Shown: one piece after another, positions 1-11,651 of the stretch | How positions within the stretch are numbered: position 1 is the stretch's first letter | Layout of the letters: each line of letters opens with the position of its first letter | Source: Azolla caroliniana | Taxonomy: Eukaryota; Plantae; Polypodiophyta | Reading direction: 5' to 3' | Length of the DNA: 64,000 nt | Assembly (NCBI GenBank): GCA_043228905.1 | Contig: JBHGNT010000013.1 | Coordinates: 11,904,001-11,968,000 of the forward strand | The notes under the pieces: model-generated | What the model saw: only the letters and a program-made list of their open reading frames with translations | Told to the model about the DNA's origin: nothing | The model's database searches: none | Program-made: the position numbers and the translations under genes

Positions 1-177
1 TAAAAGGACTGACCGAAGTACTAACAGTACTTCAATGCTCATCAAGAGCCCCTACACTAACTCCCAAATATATTCCTCACGGAATATCTTTCCTAACGAT
101 CTAACCGATCGGTCCCAACCGATCCGGTCCTCGGCTTCTTCAGCTGATCCGGCCGATGTTGAGCTTGTCTCTCAACA
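1..177 (-). mobile_element. Ty1/copia LTR, outer end (5' LTR or solo LTR; continues off the left edge of the window)
   Basis: Near-identical to 21603-21801 apart from a short deletion; ends ...GTCTCTCAACA at 177; not followed by the PPT seen at 21802. Confidence 0.8.
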
Positions 178-442
178 TATCCGTCTAAGTGTGAACTCGT
201 TAATAAGTTAGGGCTTAGTATATAAGCGAATACCTAACATTGTAATGAGTGACAAGGAACAAGACGATGAGCAGACGATTGTAATCTCTTAGAGAGAAAA
301 ATGCATTGTGTAGAAATAAGAAGCTTTCCATTAAAGCTCGTATCTGTGTAAATCTATATCTGCCTTCTCTATCTTCTATGTTATGTTGTTTGCTATTCAT
401 AGCCATAAGGTCCGAACACACACTTCCGCATAACTGTCGACA
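178..442 (+). mobile_element. Copia-type LTR fragment (3' part), interrupted by the LTR at 1-177
   Basis: Shares TATATAAG...CCTAACATTGTAA and a CTTCCGC...CA end with the LTRs at 45069-45372 and 45711. Confidence 0.55.
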
Positions 443-1899
443 TTAACCAACAAGATGGAGTTCATGACCCTCTCCTCCGGATGACAAGCCATCTTGGGTG
501 GGACTTTGCTCGTGCAACACTAATTCAAGGAGTCAGGCCAAGGCCTACCATACTTGGGAGTCCCTGCCTACAACCTATTGTGAAGTAGAACCTTCTAGCA
601 CCCCTTACCTGGCAGAAGGCATCAAACCGCCATTTTGGCTGGTAATGCTTGGCTCGACATTAAGGGGTCTATGAGGCCAAGCCCCCCTTTGGCCCGCGGT
701 TGTGTTAACCAATGCCATGACACTCTGGCGGCCACCATCGGGTTGTCCTTACCTAACCATATAAACCCCCTGATGGCAGCCTTAATCGCGTGCAAACCTG
801 AAGGGTCCATAATCCAGCAGGAGACTGAGTGGCACATGGTGGCGAGCATCACTTGGTTTGCAATAAGAACCCTACCAACGAAGGATAGTTTAGACCTGCT
901 CCATTGGTTCAGCTTCTTGCTTAGTTTCGCTTGCACATAGGATAATTGCGCTCCCTTGGGGATTGCCCTCCCCATCGTAAATCGGAGGTACTTGAATGTT
1001 GTCTCATCAGGGACCCATGCAAAATCAGCATGGGGATGCCACCTTGGCTTCTCTTGTTCGCTGAACCAAACGCCTTGGGTTTTATCCCGGCAGCCTAACA
1101 AAAGTCCTCAACAAGATGTTCAGCTCGCTACAAATTTGCATCATCGCCCTGCAAGAAAAGGACCATATCGTCGGCATATTCAGATAATAGAAGATCCTCA
1201 ATCACATTGGGCATGGGCAATCCCCTCAGTCCGCTGCTTAGTGCTTGTAAGTAGGCAGAGAAAGCCTCGGTTACAAATAGATAGAGTTATGGGGCTAGGG
1301 GACAACCTTGTTGCACTAAGCGATGTAGTTGGAAGACGGGGCCCCTAACACCAGATACCAACACGCTACTGGTAGCAGTCCGATAGAGTGCAGAAGTGCA
1401 ATTCCTCCGTTGTTGGGGAAGGCCCATAGCTCTCATCACTCTTTCCAAAAAGGGCCATAACAACATGTCGTAGGCATTCTCAAAGTCTAACATCCGAATA
1501 GCCGAGCTTGATACGACGCGATCTGCCAATGCCATAACTTCCCGAAGAAGCAGCACATTATCAAAGATACACCTACCCCTGATACACCTGTTTGATTCTC
1601 ATGTATGAAGCCCGATAGGAAGCTTGCTATCCACCTAGCTAGGACCTTTGCGAGTATCTTATATATCGTGTTAAGGATCGTGATTGGACGCCATTGGCAC
1701 AGCTTGAGGCTTCGCCTTGCCGCTTTAGGGATGAGGTAGATAATCCCCTCAGCTGGGTCAGTTGGCATCGCTCCTGAGGTCCAAATCTCCTGAATCCCGA
1801 CTTCCAATGACGAGATAACAGTTTCTCAATGAATCTCACTAAAATCTCGTGAGAGACCATCGGGGTTGGGGCATGCACCTCTCCGCAAATCCTTAAGTG
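443..1899 (-). mobile_element. Decayed L1-like non-LTR retrotransposon (LINE) RT region
   Basis: Frameshifted ORF pieces carry the plant LINE RT motifs WRPITILNTIYKILAK, LDFENAYD, QQGCPLAP, FKYL and LSFVGRVLIANQV. Confidence 0.85.
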
Positions 1900-2207
1900 T
1901 GTCATGATATGGCAAGACTCGAACCCATGACGTTAGGTTACATAGGTCGAGATCTTGACTATTATACCATCTATTGTAATACATAAGATATTATTTTCAT
2001 TTACGTTTTATTATAGAAAATTGATGTATATTCCAGATTTCTCTGAAACATTCTAGAAACTTCAAGAGTATTCCTGAGAATACTATAAAAGGAGGCACAA
2101 GGCATTATTTCGAAACCAAATCGGTTCAATGCCAGTCTTTAGCCTCCTAGCTACTATTGTATACTCTCTTCACATAATATGTATATCTTTTATCATCATT
2201 TTCTCAC

Positions 2208-2249
<42 letters not shown>

Positions 2250-2334
2250 TCTCTCGAGAGTTCTACACCTCTCTTAATACTAATCCTCATCTTTTAGTGC
2301 TAATTTCTTCTCTATCTTAGTACTGATCCTGACA
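1900..2334 (+). repeat. 5' LTR of Tcn1-like copy 1 (435 bp)
   Basis: TGTCA/TGACA termini, TATAAAA at 2084, internal (CT)n; colinear with the inverted copy at 15750-16182. Confidence 0.85.
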
Positions 2335-5300
2335 GTTTGAACCAAATTTCCGTCTCCTCCTTTCCTCCTCTTCCTTTTATCTTCTTCCATATCCCCTTTT
2401 TCCGGTCTTCTTTTCGGTTTCCCTCATCTTCTTACCCCTTTCTTCCCTTCATACTAATCCTCTTATCCTCCCTAGTAAAATGGAAACTGTTAGTGCTCAG
2501 GAATACCAATCTGTTAAAGGAGAAATTTGTAGCACTAGAACAAGAAAATCACTGCTTGTTGACCTTATGTGTACAACAACTTGAAGCGACTATTGTATCA
2601 TTACAACAATAAGGATCAAGCACTCAAGGGATTCACAAAGAACCCACGATTGGTCTTCCTGCAGAATTTGATGGGACCCGATCATAGTTTAGAGGTTTTT
2701 TGAACCAGGTATGTTTAGTGATTCAAATGCATCCTTCTCGATATCCCACCGATGCATCATGAGTGGGACTAGTAGGCACCCTACTTAGTGGCTCAACGTT
2801 GGCATGGTTCGCTCCGTTGTTAGAAAAGGAATCTCCATTACTGAACAATTTTGAAGAATTTATAAGTGAGTTTAAAGCATGTTTTGGAGATACTGATAGC
2901 ATAAGAACTGCAATCAACAAAATCCGACGATTACGCCAAGGTGATCGTCCAGCCTCCGCATACGCTACAAATTTCCGCCTACTCGCTGTTGATATCCCTT
3001 GGGATGATCAAGCATTGATGGAGCAATTTCGTTTTCAAGGATTTACTCTTGACCTTCCTCGAAGAACCAAAGTCATTCACAGAAGCAATCAGTCGCACGG
3101 TGAGATGCGACAACTGTCTTTTCGAACGACGTTCAGAATGGCAATTCCAAATGCCAAGGGCAAGATCAGAGTCCACCTACGCCTCAGTGGTAGCGAAACC
3201 TTTTCCGAGGGATTCATATAATGCATCTCCAACAAATACTCTGATTCCAATGGAAATCGACACCACACGACGTAGGGCAAATCGACTATGTCTGTATTGT
3301 GGGGGACCGGAGCATATTGTAGTGAACTGTCCCCATTAGCCAAAATGGCAGGTAAATCAAATAACCGCTAGTACTAATAGTACTAAACCCGAGTCTATTT
3401 CTCTAAGTGTGTCCGATAGTCCTAATAGCCCGAGTCTTTCAAACAAATTTGAAATCCTTAGTCAACTAGAAGAAGAGTTAAACGATTAAGTCCAGCCAAA
3501 ATAGGAGTCGTTTGGTTGGACAACCCTAGATTTGTGCAACCCATTAGTGGTTCCATTTCTTCTAAGCAAGTTAGCAATGTGTTCTTAGCTCAAGTAATGG
3601 TTAGTACTAAAAGTACTCCTCCATGTCTTAGCACTCTTAGATTCCGGAGCCAACTCTTGCTTCATGGATAGGAATTTTGCCCAAGCTCATCAGATATCCC
3701 TAAGAAAACTCCCGTGTCCAACCTCTGTAGTAGTCATTGATGGTCGTCCCATCGCTTCCGGAAATATCATAGAAGAGTTAGAGCCCGTTAATATTGTCCT
3801 AGATAACTTAGCGCATGTAATATCATTTAATATAATTAGTATCCCAGAACATCCCACTGTTTTGGGATTACCATGGTTCGAATTACATAACCCAGACATA
3901 GATTGGAGAACAAGAGAAATCTGGTGTCAACAAACTCGAGGATCTACTCATAAGATTGCAACCATTTCGCTACATCAGTTGCATCAGGAAGGATGCAAGG
4001 AAGAAATGTTTCTCTTCGTAATATCAGTAAAACCCTCCATCACCACTAAAGAGGAGTCCACTGTTCAACTTCCAAAGAAGTATCGTCATTATGCAGATGT
4101 GTTCGATAAAGTACAAGCTAGTAAGCTTTCTTACCATCGACCGTATTGATTGCCCCATCGATTTGGAATCGAGAAAAGAGCCGTCATGGGGACCAATCTA
4201 CAATTTGTCACCAACTGAGTTGGAAGTCCATTGAGCCTATATAGAGGAGAATTTGGCAAATGGTTTCATTCGGCATTCGAAATCTCCAGCCGGCGCACCC
4301 ATTTTCTTCATCAAGAAAAAAGTTGGATCACTTCGTCTCGTTGTGGATTACCGTGGCTTGAATAAGTTCACAATCAGGAATAGGTATGCACTTCCCCTTA
4401 TCTCAAGTCTTTTAGAACGGATCAATGGTGCAAGATTCTTCATGAAGATCGACTTACAGGGAGCATATAACCTCGTACAGATCCGACCAGGACATGAATG
4501 GAAGACCGCATTTCGCACCAAATATGGGCACTTCGAGTATACGGTGATGCCATTCAAGCTCACTAATGCGCCAACAGTCTACCAGCTCATGGTAAATGAT
4601 ATATTCCGAGATCTCTTGGATGTTTGTTTGATCATCTATTTGGATGATCTACTGGTTTATTCGAAGACCCAAGAAGAGCATGATTCTCATGTACTGTTAG
4701 TACTAAAACGACTTTGAGAACATGGTCTTTATGCAAAGTTAGAAAAATGTAGTTTTAGGTGCAACCAGGTGGAATTTCTAGGCTATTTCATCTCCACAAA
4801 AGGCATCTCCATGGATCTAGCTAAGGTCAAAATGGTGGTAGAGTGGCAAACTCCGTGTTTGTTGTGAGATGTGCAATGCTTTTTAGGCTTTGACAATTTC
4901 TACCATAAGTTTATAAAGGATTACTCAAAGCTTGTTTTGCCTCTTACACAACTTACTAAGAATTGACAATCGTTCGTTTGGTCTGAAGAAGCGGACATAG
5001 CTTTTGAGAATCTTAAGAAGGCATTTACATCGGCTCCTATTCTAGCTCACATTGATCCAGAAAAAACATTCATCATTGAAGCTGATACATCGGATTTCGC
5101 ATTGGGTAACATTCTGTCACAACCAGGTAATGATGAAAAGCTACATCTTGTGGCTTTCCACTCACGCAAGTTTGACACCATCAAAATCAACTATGAAATT
5201 CATGATAAGGAGCTCTTAGCAATAGTGGACTCTTTTACACAATGGAGGCATTTTCTAGAGGGATCCTCTCATTAGGTCACCGTATTCAGTGACCACAAGA

Positions 5301-6210
5301 ACCTTGCCTACTTTCAAGACGCTTGTGTGTTAAATCGACGTCAAGCTCGGTGGGCCCAATTCCTCACACGTTTCGACTTCAAAATTACATATCGTCCGGG
5401 GAAGCACCAAGGGAAGGTAGATGCGTCATCAAGGCGTTCGTATCTAGCACTGCGTCCCGACGAGCCAACTTTCAATAACCAAAAACAAGTAATCTTGGAA
5501 CCAGCACGACTGCAAGCAACACAGGTTTTTGGCATGCCCGTGAATTCCCACGTTATCGATACCATATGTGAGGACTTGAAAATAGATGCTTTTGCCCAAG
5601 CCATTCTAGCACAAATTGATCCCTCTCGAGCATCTTGTTCACAGTCGCAACAACCAGGTACGGATTATCGACAATTCAAATACCATGATGGATTATTATT
5701 CTTTAAAAAACTCTTGTATGTTCCTAATGATTCTTGCCGCCTTCGAGTAGTCCAAAACTGTCATGAAACATATACAACTAGGCATTTTGGTAGTACTAAG
5801 ACATTAGACTTAGTACAACGATCATTCTGGTGGCCCCGTATGCGGCAATTTGTCGAAGATTTTGTTCGGACTTGTGATACATGTTGCAGAGCAAAAATGC
5901 CAAGGCATCATCCATATGGTTTATTAGAACCATTACCAATTCCAAGCAAGCCGTGGCAACTGCTTGCTCTAGATTTCATCACAGATCTTCCAGTTTCGAA
6001 GGGATTTAATGCAATTCTAATAGTAGTAGATCGATATACGAAGATGACTCATTTCTTGCCATGTACTAAGATAATCTCCAGTGAAGAAACCACCGAAATT
6101 GTCATGCGTGAAGTATGTCGGCATCATGGCCTTCCTGATAGTATCATCAGCGACCGTGGACCCCAGTTCGTCTCGAAATTTTGGAAGCACCTTTTTAAAA
6201 TGCTCAAGGT

Positions 6211-6635
6211 TGTCAAGATTCGAACTCTTGACATAACCATGTTGTAATCGAGTGTTACGTGTTAACCACACATCTAGCATATAATCATGTATATACTTCC
6301 TCATTGTAGGTTTTAGCTAGTATCATGTGCATAATTTCTCCCTTGTATTATTAACACTTGGCACATGCATGTGTACCTACTGCCTACATGCTCTATTGTA
6401 TCACATGCGTGCAACAAGTATGCATGCCACTTAATATAAATAGTTGAGTTCACCTTGAAGGAATTCAAGGTGAACAACGCCAGTCATGGACATATCAATC
6501 GAGTATTCCCATTTCGCCCATCCTCTCTCCTTGATCTTCATCTCTATCTTTATGCTCTTGTTCCTCACGTCATCGCTTCGTCATAGCCTCATCATCCGTG
6601 CTTCGTCTTAGTCCGCGCTTGGTGTGTCCATGACA
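6211..6635. mobile_element. Solo LTR with perfect 5-bp TSD AAGGT, inserted in the integrase gene
   Basis: TGTCA...TGACA ends; AAGGT at 6206-6210 and 6636-6640; host integrase frame resumes after it. Confidence 0.9.
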
Positions 6636-7679
6636 AAGGTCACTTGTAACCTCTCGTCTAGCTACCACCCACAAATAGACAGCCAAGTAGAACGAAGAAA
6701 TCAAACGTTGGAGCAGTATCTTCGGTGCTTTCTAAGCTATCACCAGGATGACTAGGAGGATATTCTCCACTTCGCCGAATTTGCCTATAATAACTCTGTC
6801 CATGCATTGACTAAAGTTACGCCATTTTATACTTATACAGGATGTCACCCCCGGTGGTGTGTATTTGAAACACTAGAGTTACCTACAAATCCTTGTGCAG
6901 AGGATCGTTTGGAGCGGTTACGCAAGATACAAGTGGATTTATCTACTCATCTCTAGCAAGCTCAACAAACACACAAGGTTTACACGGATCGTTGTCGCGA
7001 AAATATGACGAGGATACGCAAACTTTGAGGCAGGACCCCGGGGCCTCCGACCTGAAGATATCAGATTCGTATGATTATATTAAACAATTAATGCAAAATG
7101 ATAAAGATTCACAAATTTCATTAATAAAGGGAAAGAAAGATTACAATCAATCCGAAGATTGGGATTACAAAAGTTTTATCTTATGGAGATGATTAAAATA
7201 ATAGATTAGAGGAAATAAGAGATTATGATTCTTGAGTGTTATAGCTTTGACGAGGAATTTTGGATTTTGAGAGATTGCTTCCGTATGGAAATTATGGTTT
7301 ACTTGAGAGATAGCTTCCGTCGGGAAGATTAGGGTTATTGGCTTCGATAATATAAGAGAGCTCCCAAAGAAAAGAAAAGAAAATTAAGATAACTTGGAGA
7401 GTCCTCGGGTAGAAAAAAAATAAAAAATAAAAAATGGAATAAATATTGAGTTCTCTCTTGATCATAGCCTTTTCACTTTTTGTTGCATGGCCTCTACTTT
7501 TAGTTGCCTAGCTTTTTCTTTTGGTTGCATGTGACTGTCCACATGACCTTTACTTTTTCCATGCACTCCCTTCTTTAGTTGCTTGCGTCCACATGGCCTT
7601 TACTTTAGTTCTCTTCACCTTACTTTAGTTTGTTGCATGATCCAATCTTTCGTCCGTCCGCGTCCAAAATCGTCCGGTA

Positions 7680-8165
7680 GCCGGTTCCATTTTGCTTGCC
7701 GGTCGGTTCCGGTTCCGATTTTGCTTGCCGACCGGTTCCGGTTTGCTTGCCGGTTCCAGTTCCGGTTTGCTTGCCGGTTTCGGTTCCGGTTTTGCTTGCC
7801 GGCCAGTTCCAGTTTGCTTGCCGGTTCCGGTTCCGGTTTTGCTTGCCGGCCGGTTCCGATTTGCTTGCCGGTTCCGGTTCCGGTTTGCTTGCCAGTTCCG
7901 GTTCCGGTTTGCTTGCCGACCGGTCCCGGTTTGCTTGCCGGTTCCGGTTCCGGTTTGCTTGCCGGTTTCGGTTCCGGTTTTGCTTGCCGGCCAGTTCCAG
8001 TTTGCTTGCCGGTTCCGGTTTGCTTGCCGGTTCCGGTTCCGGTTTGCTTGCCGATTCCGGTTCCGGTTTTGCTTACCGACCGGTTTCCGGTTTTGCTTGT
8101 CGGCCGGTTTCCGGTTTCCATACCCGTTCTGGTTCCGGTTTTGCTTACCGGCCCGTTTCCGGTTT
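7680..8165. repeat. CCGG-rich minisatellite (unit ~GCCGGTTCCGGTTCCGGTTTGCTT) in the 3' LTR of element A
   Basis: Tandem array directly visible; shorter counterpart at ~14542-14800. Confidence 0.9.
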
Positions 8166-8241
8166 TAGGGATTTTGGCCACCATCATCCATCAAGACAAA
8201 GTGGCCATAGTTCTCTCAGCACAAATGAAAAATGAGGGAGC

Positions 8242-11200
8242 TCAAGCTTCGAATCCAATTTCTATTCTATCTCTTCTCTTGAAGATCTTGATTCTTTTAC
8301 CGGCAATTGGCAAGGCAAGTGGTGTACCATCTAGTTCTACTAAATGATATGTTGCATTATCTTCCACTTTCTTCACCACATATGGCCCAAACCATCGTTG
8401 TGAGAATTTTCGAGCCGTACTATGTTGGTTATCTAGGCTACTGTCATAGACTAGCACCCAATCTCCTTCAACGATTTTCCTCGGCCGAAGTCGATGTCGT
8501 TTATCGAAGTCTTTCTTGTTCTTTAGCCTTGCATTCTTTAGCCGCGCTTTAGCCACCTCTACATCTTCCAAATTCCGCTCTAATTGTCGAATCCTCAATG
8601 CTAGAAGATCTTCTCTACTTATCTCATCTTGCCATGGCAATGCAAACCATGAAATAATACTTTGTTCTACCGGCATTATTGGCTTTTGTCCGAATATGAG
8701 CTCTGCCGGCATGTATCCCGTCACTGTGCTATGAGTAGTCCTGTCAGCCCATAATGCAAATGGCAATAGACGTGGCCATTCTCCTATTTTCCCATGCCAA
8801 GCTTTCATTAGAGCCTTCACAATTGGTCTATGTCCACGCTCCACCTTCCCATTTTCTTCTGGATTATACGCCATGGTAAGAGATAATTTGATTCCCATCC
8901 TCGAGAAGAATTCTCTAGCTTCATTGGCGTCCAACTCGCCTCTATCAGCCACTATCTTGCCGACGCATCCATATCTGCAAATAACATCTTCAAGAAGGAA
9001 TCGGCATACCGATGATGTCTCCTTAGTTCTTAATGCTCGCCCTTCAACTTGATTAGTAAGATCCTCTCTCGCGAGCACAAGATACTTCATCTGCCATCGT
9101 CCCATTGGCATCATCACTATGTCCACCATCCACTTGTAATGCATAGCCAACGGGTAAGTCGGATGAAGTCCATCTCGATGGCGAATATTCGAAAACATTT
9201 GACATTCCTTACATGTTTCCACATAAGCTGCTACATCTTTGTAGATGCCCGATCACCAATATTTCTCCTTAAGCTTCGCAAACGTAGCCCATATTCCTCG
9301 ATGGCCTGCAAAAACACTATCATGAAATTCGGACATTATTTTTTGTTGGTCTTCTAGCTTGCAGACAACTCTCATCGGAGTCCCATTCTTCTTTTTTGCA
9401 TGCTTCCAAAGAGCTCCATCCTTAAGGAAATACTTGTATGCTTTCTTCCGAATTCGATGGAAGTCTTCCGTCGACCATGATTCATCTTTTTGGAGAGAAC
9501 TCAAGTATTTCCCGATCTCCACGAATTCGCCTTCGTAGTCCTCTTCAATGAAAGTAATCAACACCCGAGCATAGGAACTTGCAAAGAAATCCAGGCCAAC
9601 ATCATCTTCATCAGAATGTCGATCTTCTTCTCCGTCGTATCTCGCTCGTGATAGCATGTCTGCAACGACATTACGCTTCCCAGCTACATGACGGATCTCC
9701 GGGTTGAGTGATTTGATATATGCAATCCAACGCAACATGGCAATATCCGGTGTATTGCAACCAGATATCATACCCAAAATTGGTAGGCAATCTGTCTCAA
9801 TTATGACTTCTGCTCCAATAAGGTAATCACGATCAGATTTGATTGCCGAGACGATCCCCCATAGCTCCCTCTTCACTTGGGCATACCTTCTTTGCCTGTC
9901 ACTTAACACTTTCGCGCCAAACCGAATTGCATATCGGTTGCAATCTTCATCTTCTTGGTTGATAACCCATCCAATTCCAATTGGACTAGTATCCACAGTC
10001 ACGAAAATGGGCTTGCCGTATGAATAGTCCGCTTTCCGTAATGCAGGTGCCTCCATCAAAATTTTCTTCAGCCTTCGGATGGCGATTGTATGCTTGCTCG
10101 TCCATTCGAACATCCGCTTCTTCTTTAGTAGACCATAGAATGGCTCAGCAATGTGGGCATAGTGTGGAATCCAAATATGATAAAACGTGCATGCTCCAAG
10201 GAACCTTCGAACCTCCGTTTGGGTTACACATTCTTCTTTCATGTCTTGAATTGCATTCACCTTGAATGGCGAAGGCTTCCGACCGTATGCTCCACACAAG
10301 TGACCTACCACCAAGATCTCTGGTTGCCCGAATGCGGATTTTTCTCCCGAAAATGTCAAATTCGCATCTTCGAGCCTTTGGAGCACCTTCTCGCAATCTT
10401 TCATATGATCCATGACGAACTTTCTACATCCATCCTTATCTTTTGATTCATCCTTCTCTTCATCCGAACATCCTTTTATCGGAATATCATCTAAGAATGG
10501 CATCGTGATATCCGGGATGCAATCTTTCAAGACCTTGTTCATGGCATTCACCATATGAGCCACCGAGTTCGTTGCGCCTTGAGGTAAGGTACACATCCGC
10601 ACCAACCCGATTGGAGTTCTCATGGTTGTAATGTCACGACTGTCGACCGCCAACTGAAATTGATCGTAGCTAGAGTAAAGATCGCCGATGGAGTAGATGG
10701 ACCGGCCCGCAAACGCCTCAACAAATTCATCCACACTCGGACCGATTCCAGCATTCCGAATTGTCACCTTGTTGACGGGTTGAAGATCTTGAATGAATCG
10801 CAACGATCCATTCTTCTTTGGCACCGTGAACCACCTATTAGAATAAGGAGCATTCGACGGTTCTAGAATTCCCATCCTCACCTTCTCCTTTAAGAGCTCG
10901 ATCAACTTCGGTAGGTGTGCTCTCGGAACCGGTATTGGTTTCAAATTCCAAGGCACATGCGGCACCGTGAAGATCACCATCGGTTCTACCGTCCTTGGAT
11001 TAGCACACCCGATTTCTTGTGGAAAAAATGCGAAGGCCTTCCCATGTCTTTCAAGCATTCCACGAAACATTTGCTCCTCTTCAGGGAGGAGGAAATCCTC
11101 CCTTCCAACTCGTAGCTTTCCCTTCGTCTCTTCAATGAAGACGTGACCAATTGTATTTCGGTTCCTTAAGCTTGGATCTTTTGCAACTTCCTTCATCTTT

Positions 11201-11586
11201 TGCCAGCTATCTTCCGGTAGCGGAACTGCAACTGGCTTGATCTTCCTATCCACGGTTTTATATTTTGTGTTGACTTCGACTTCCTCTATCAAGATGCCTC
11301 AATGATATTCATCGATGATAGTATACATGTTGACGGAGTTAACCGAAATCACATGTCGATGGTGAGGATAGCTCAAATCCACGACTTCCTCGATTTCGCC
11401 GATGGTGTCGTTAAATGAGGCTTCCTCCAGAATATATGACACGAATTCTTCTTCTTCGATTATGCTTTCTTCTTTCAGCACCTCCTCGAAGTCTTGTATC
11501 TGACACTTTTCCTTCTTATTGAGTAGTCTAAGTTTGCATGCGCCGCCAAGTGTGACGCATGTTGCTTCTCCTTGCGATCCACACAC
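8242..11586 (-). pseudogene. Element A pol (RT, RNase H, integrase) with premature stops
   Basis: ORFs 11586-11299, 11292-9253 and 9222-8242 share one frame; motifs LPQGATNS, PFLDD, TVDTS, ETDC, GHRG..C..C, ADRG, GPY. Confidence 0.9.
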
Positions 11587-11651
11587 TTTGCTTCCTTGTG
11601 GGGACTTATGATTGCTTGGACTATTTGTGCCCCATGCTTCAATAGTCCGCT

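Noticed and set aside
7680-8165. Possible CRISPR-like array
   Set aside because: Tandem repeats without unique spacers, inside a eukaryotic LTR, and no cas genes.
7583-8347. Several long overlapping ORFs (CLPVPVPV, FACRFRF, KQTGTG), also at 14445-14948
   Set aside because: By-products of the stop-free CCGG minisatellite; no protein evidence.
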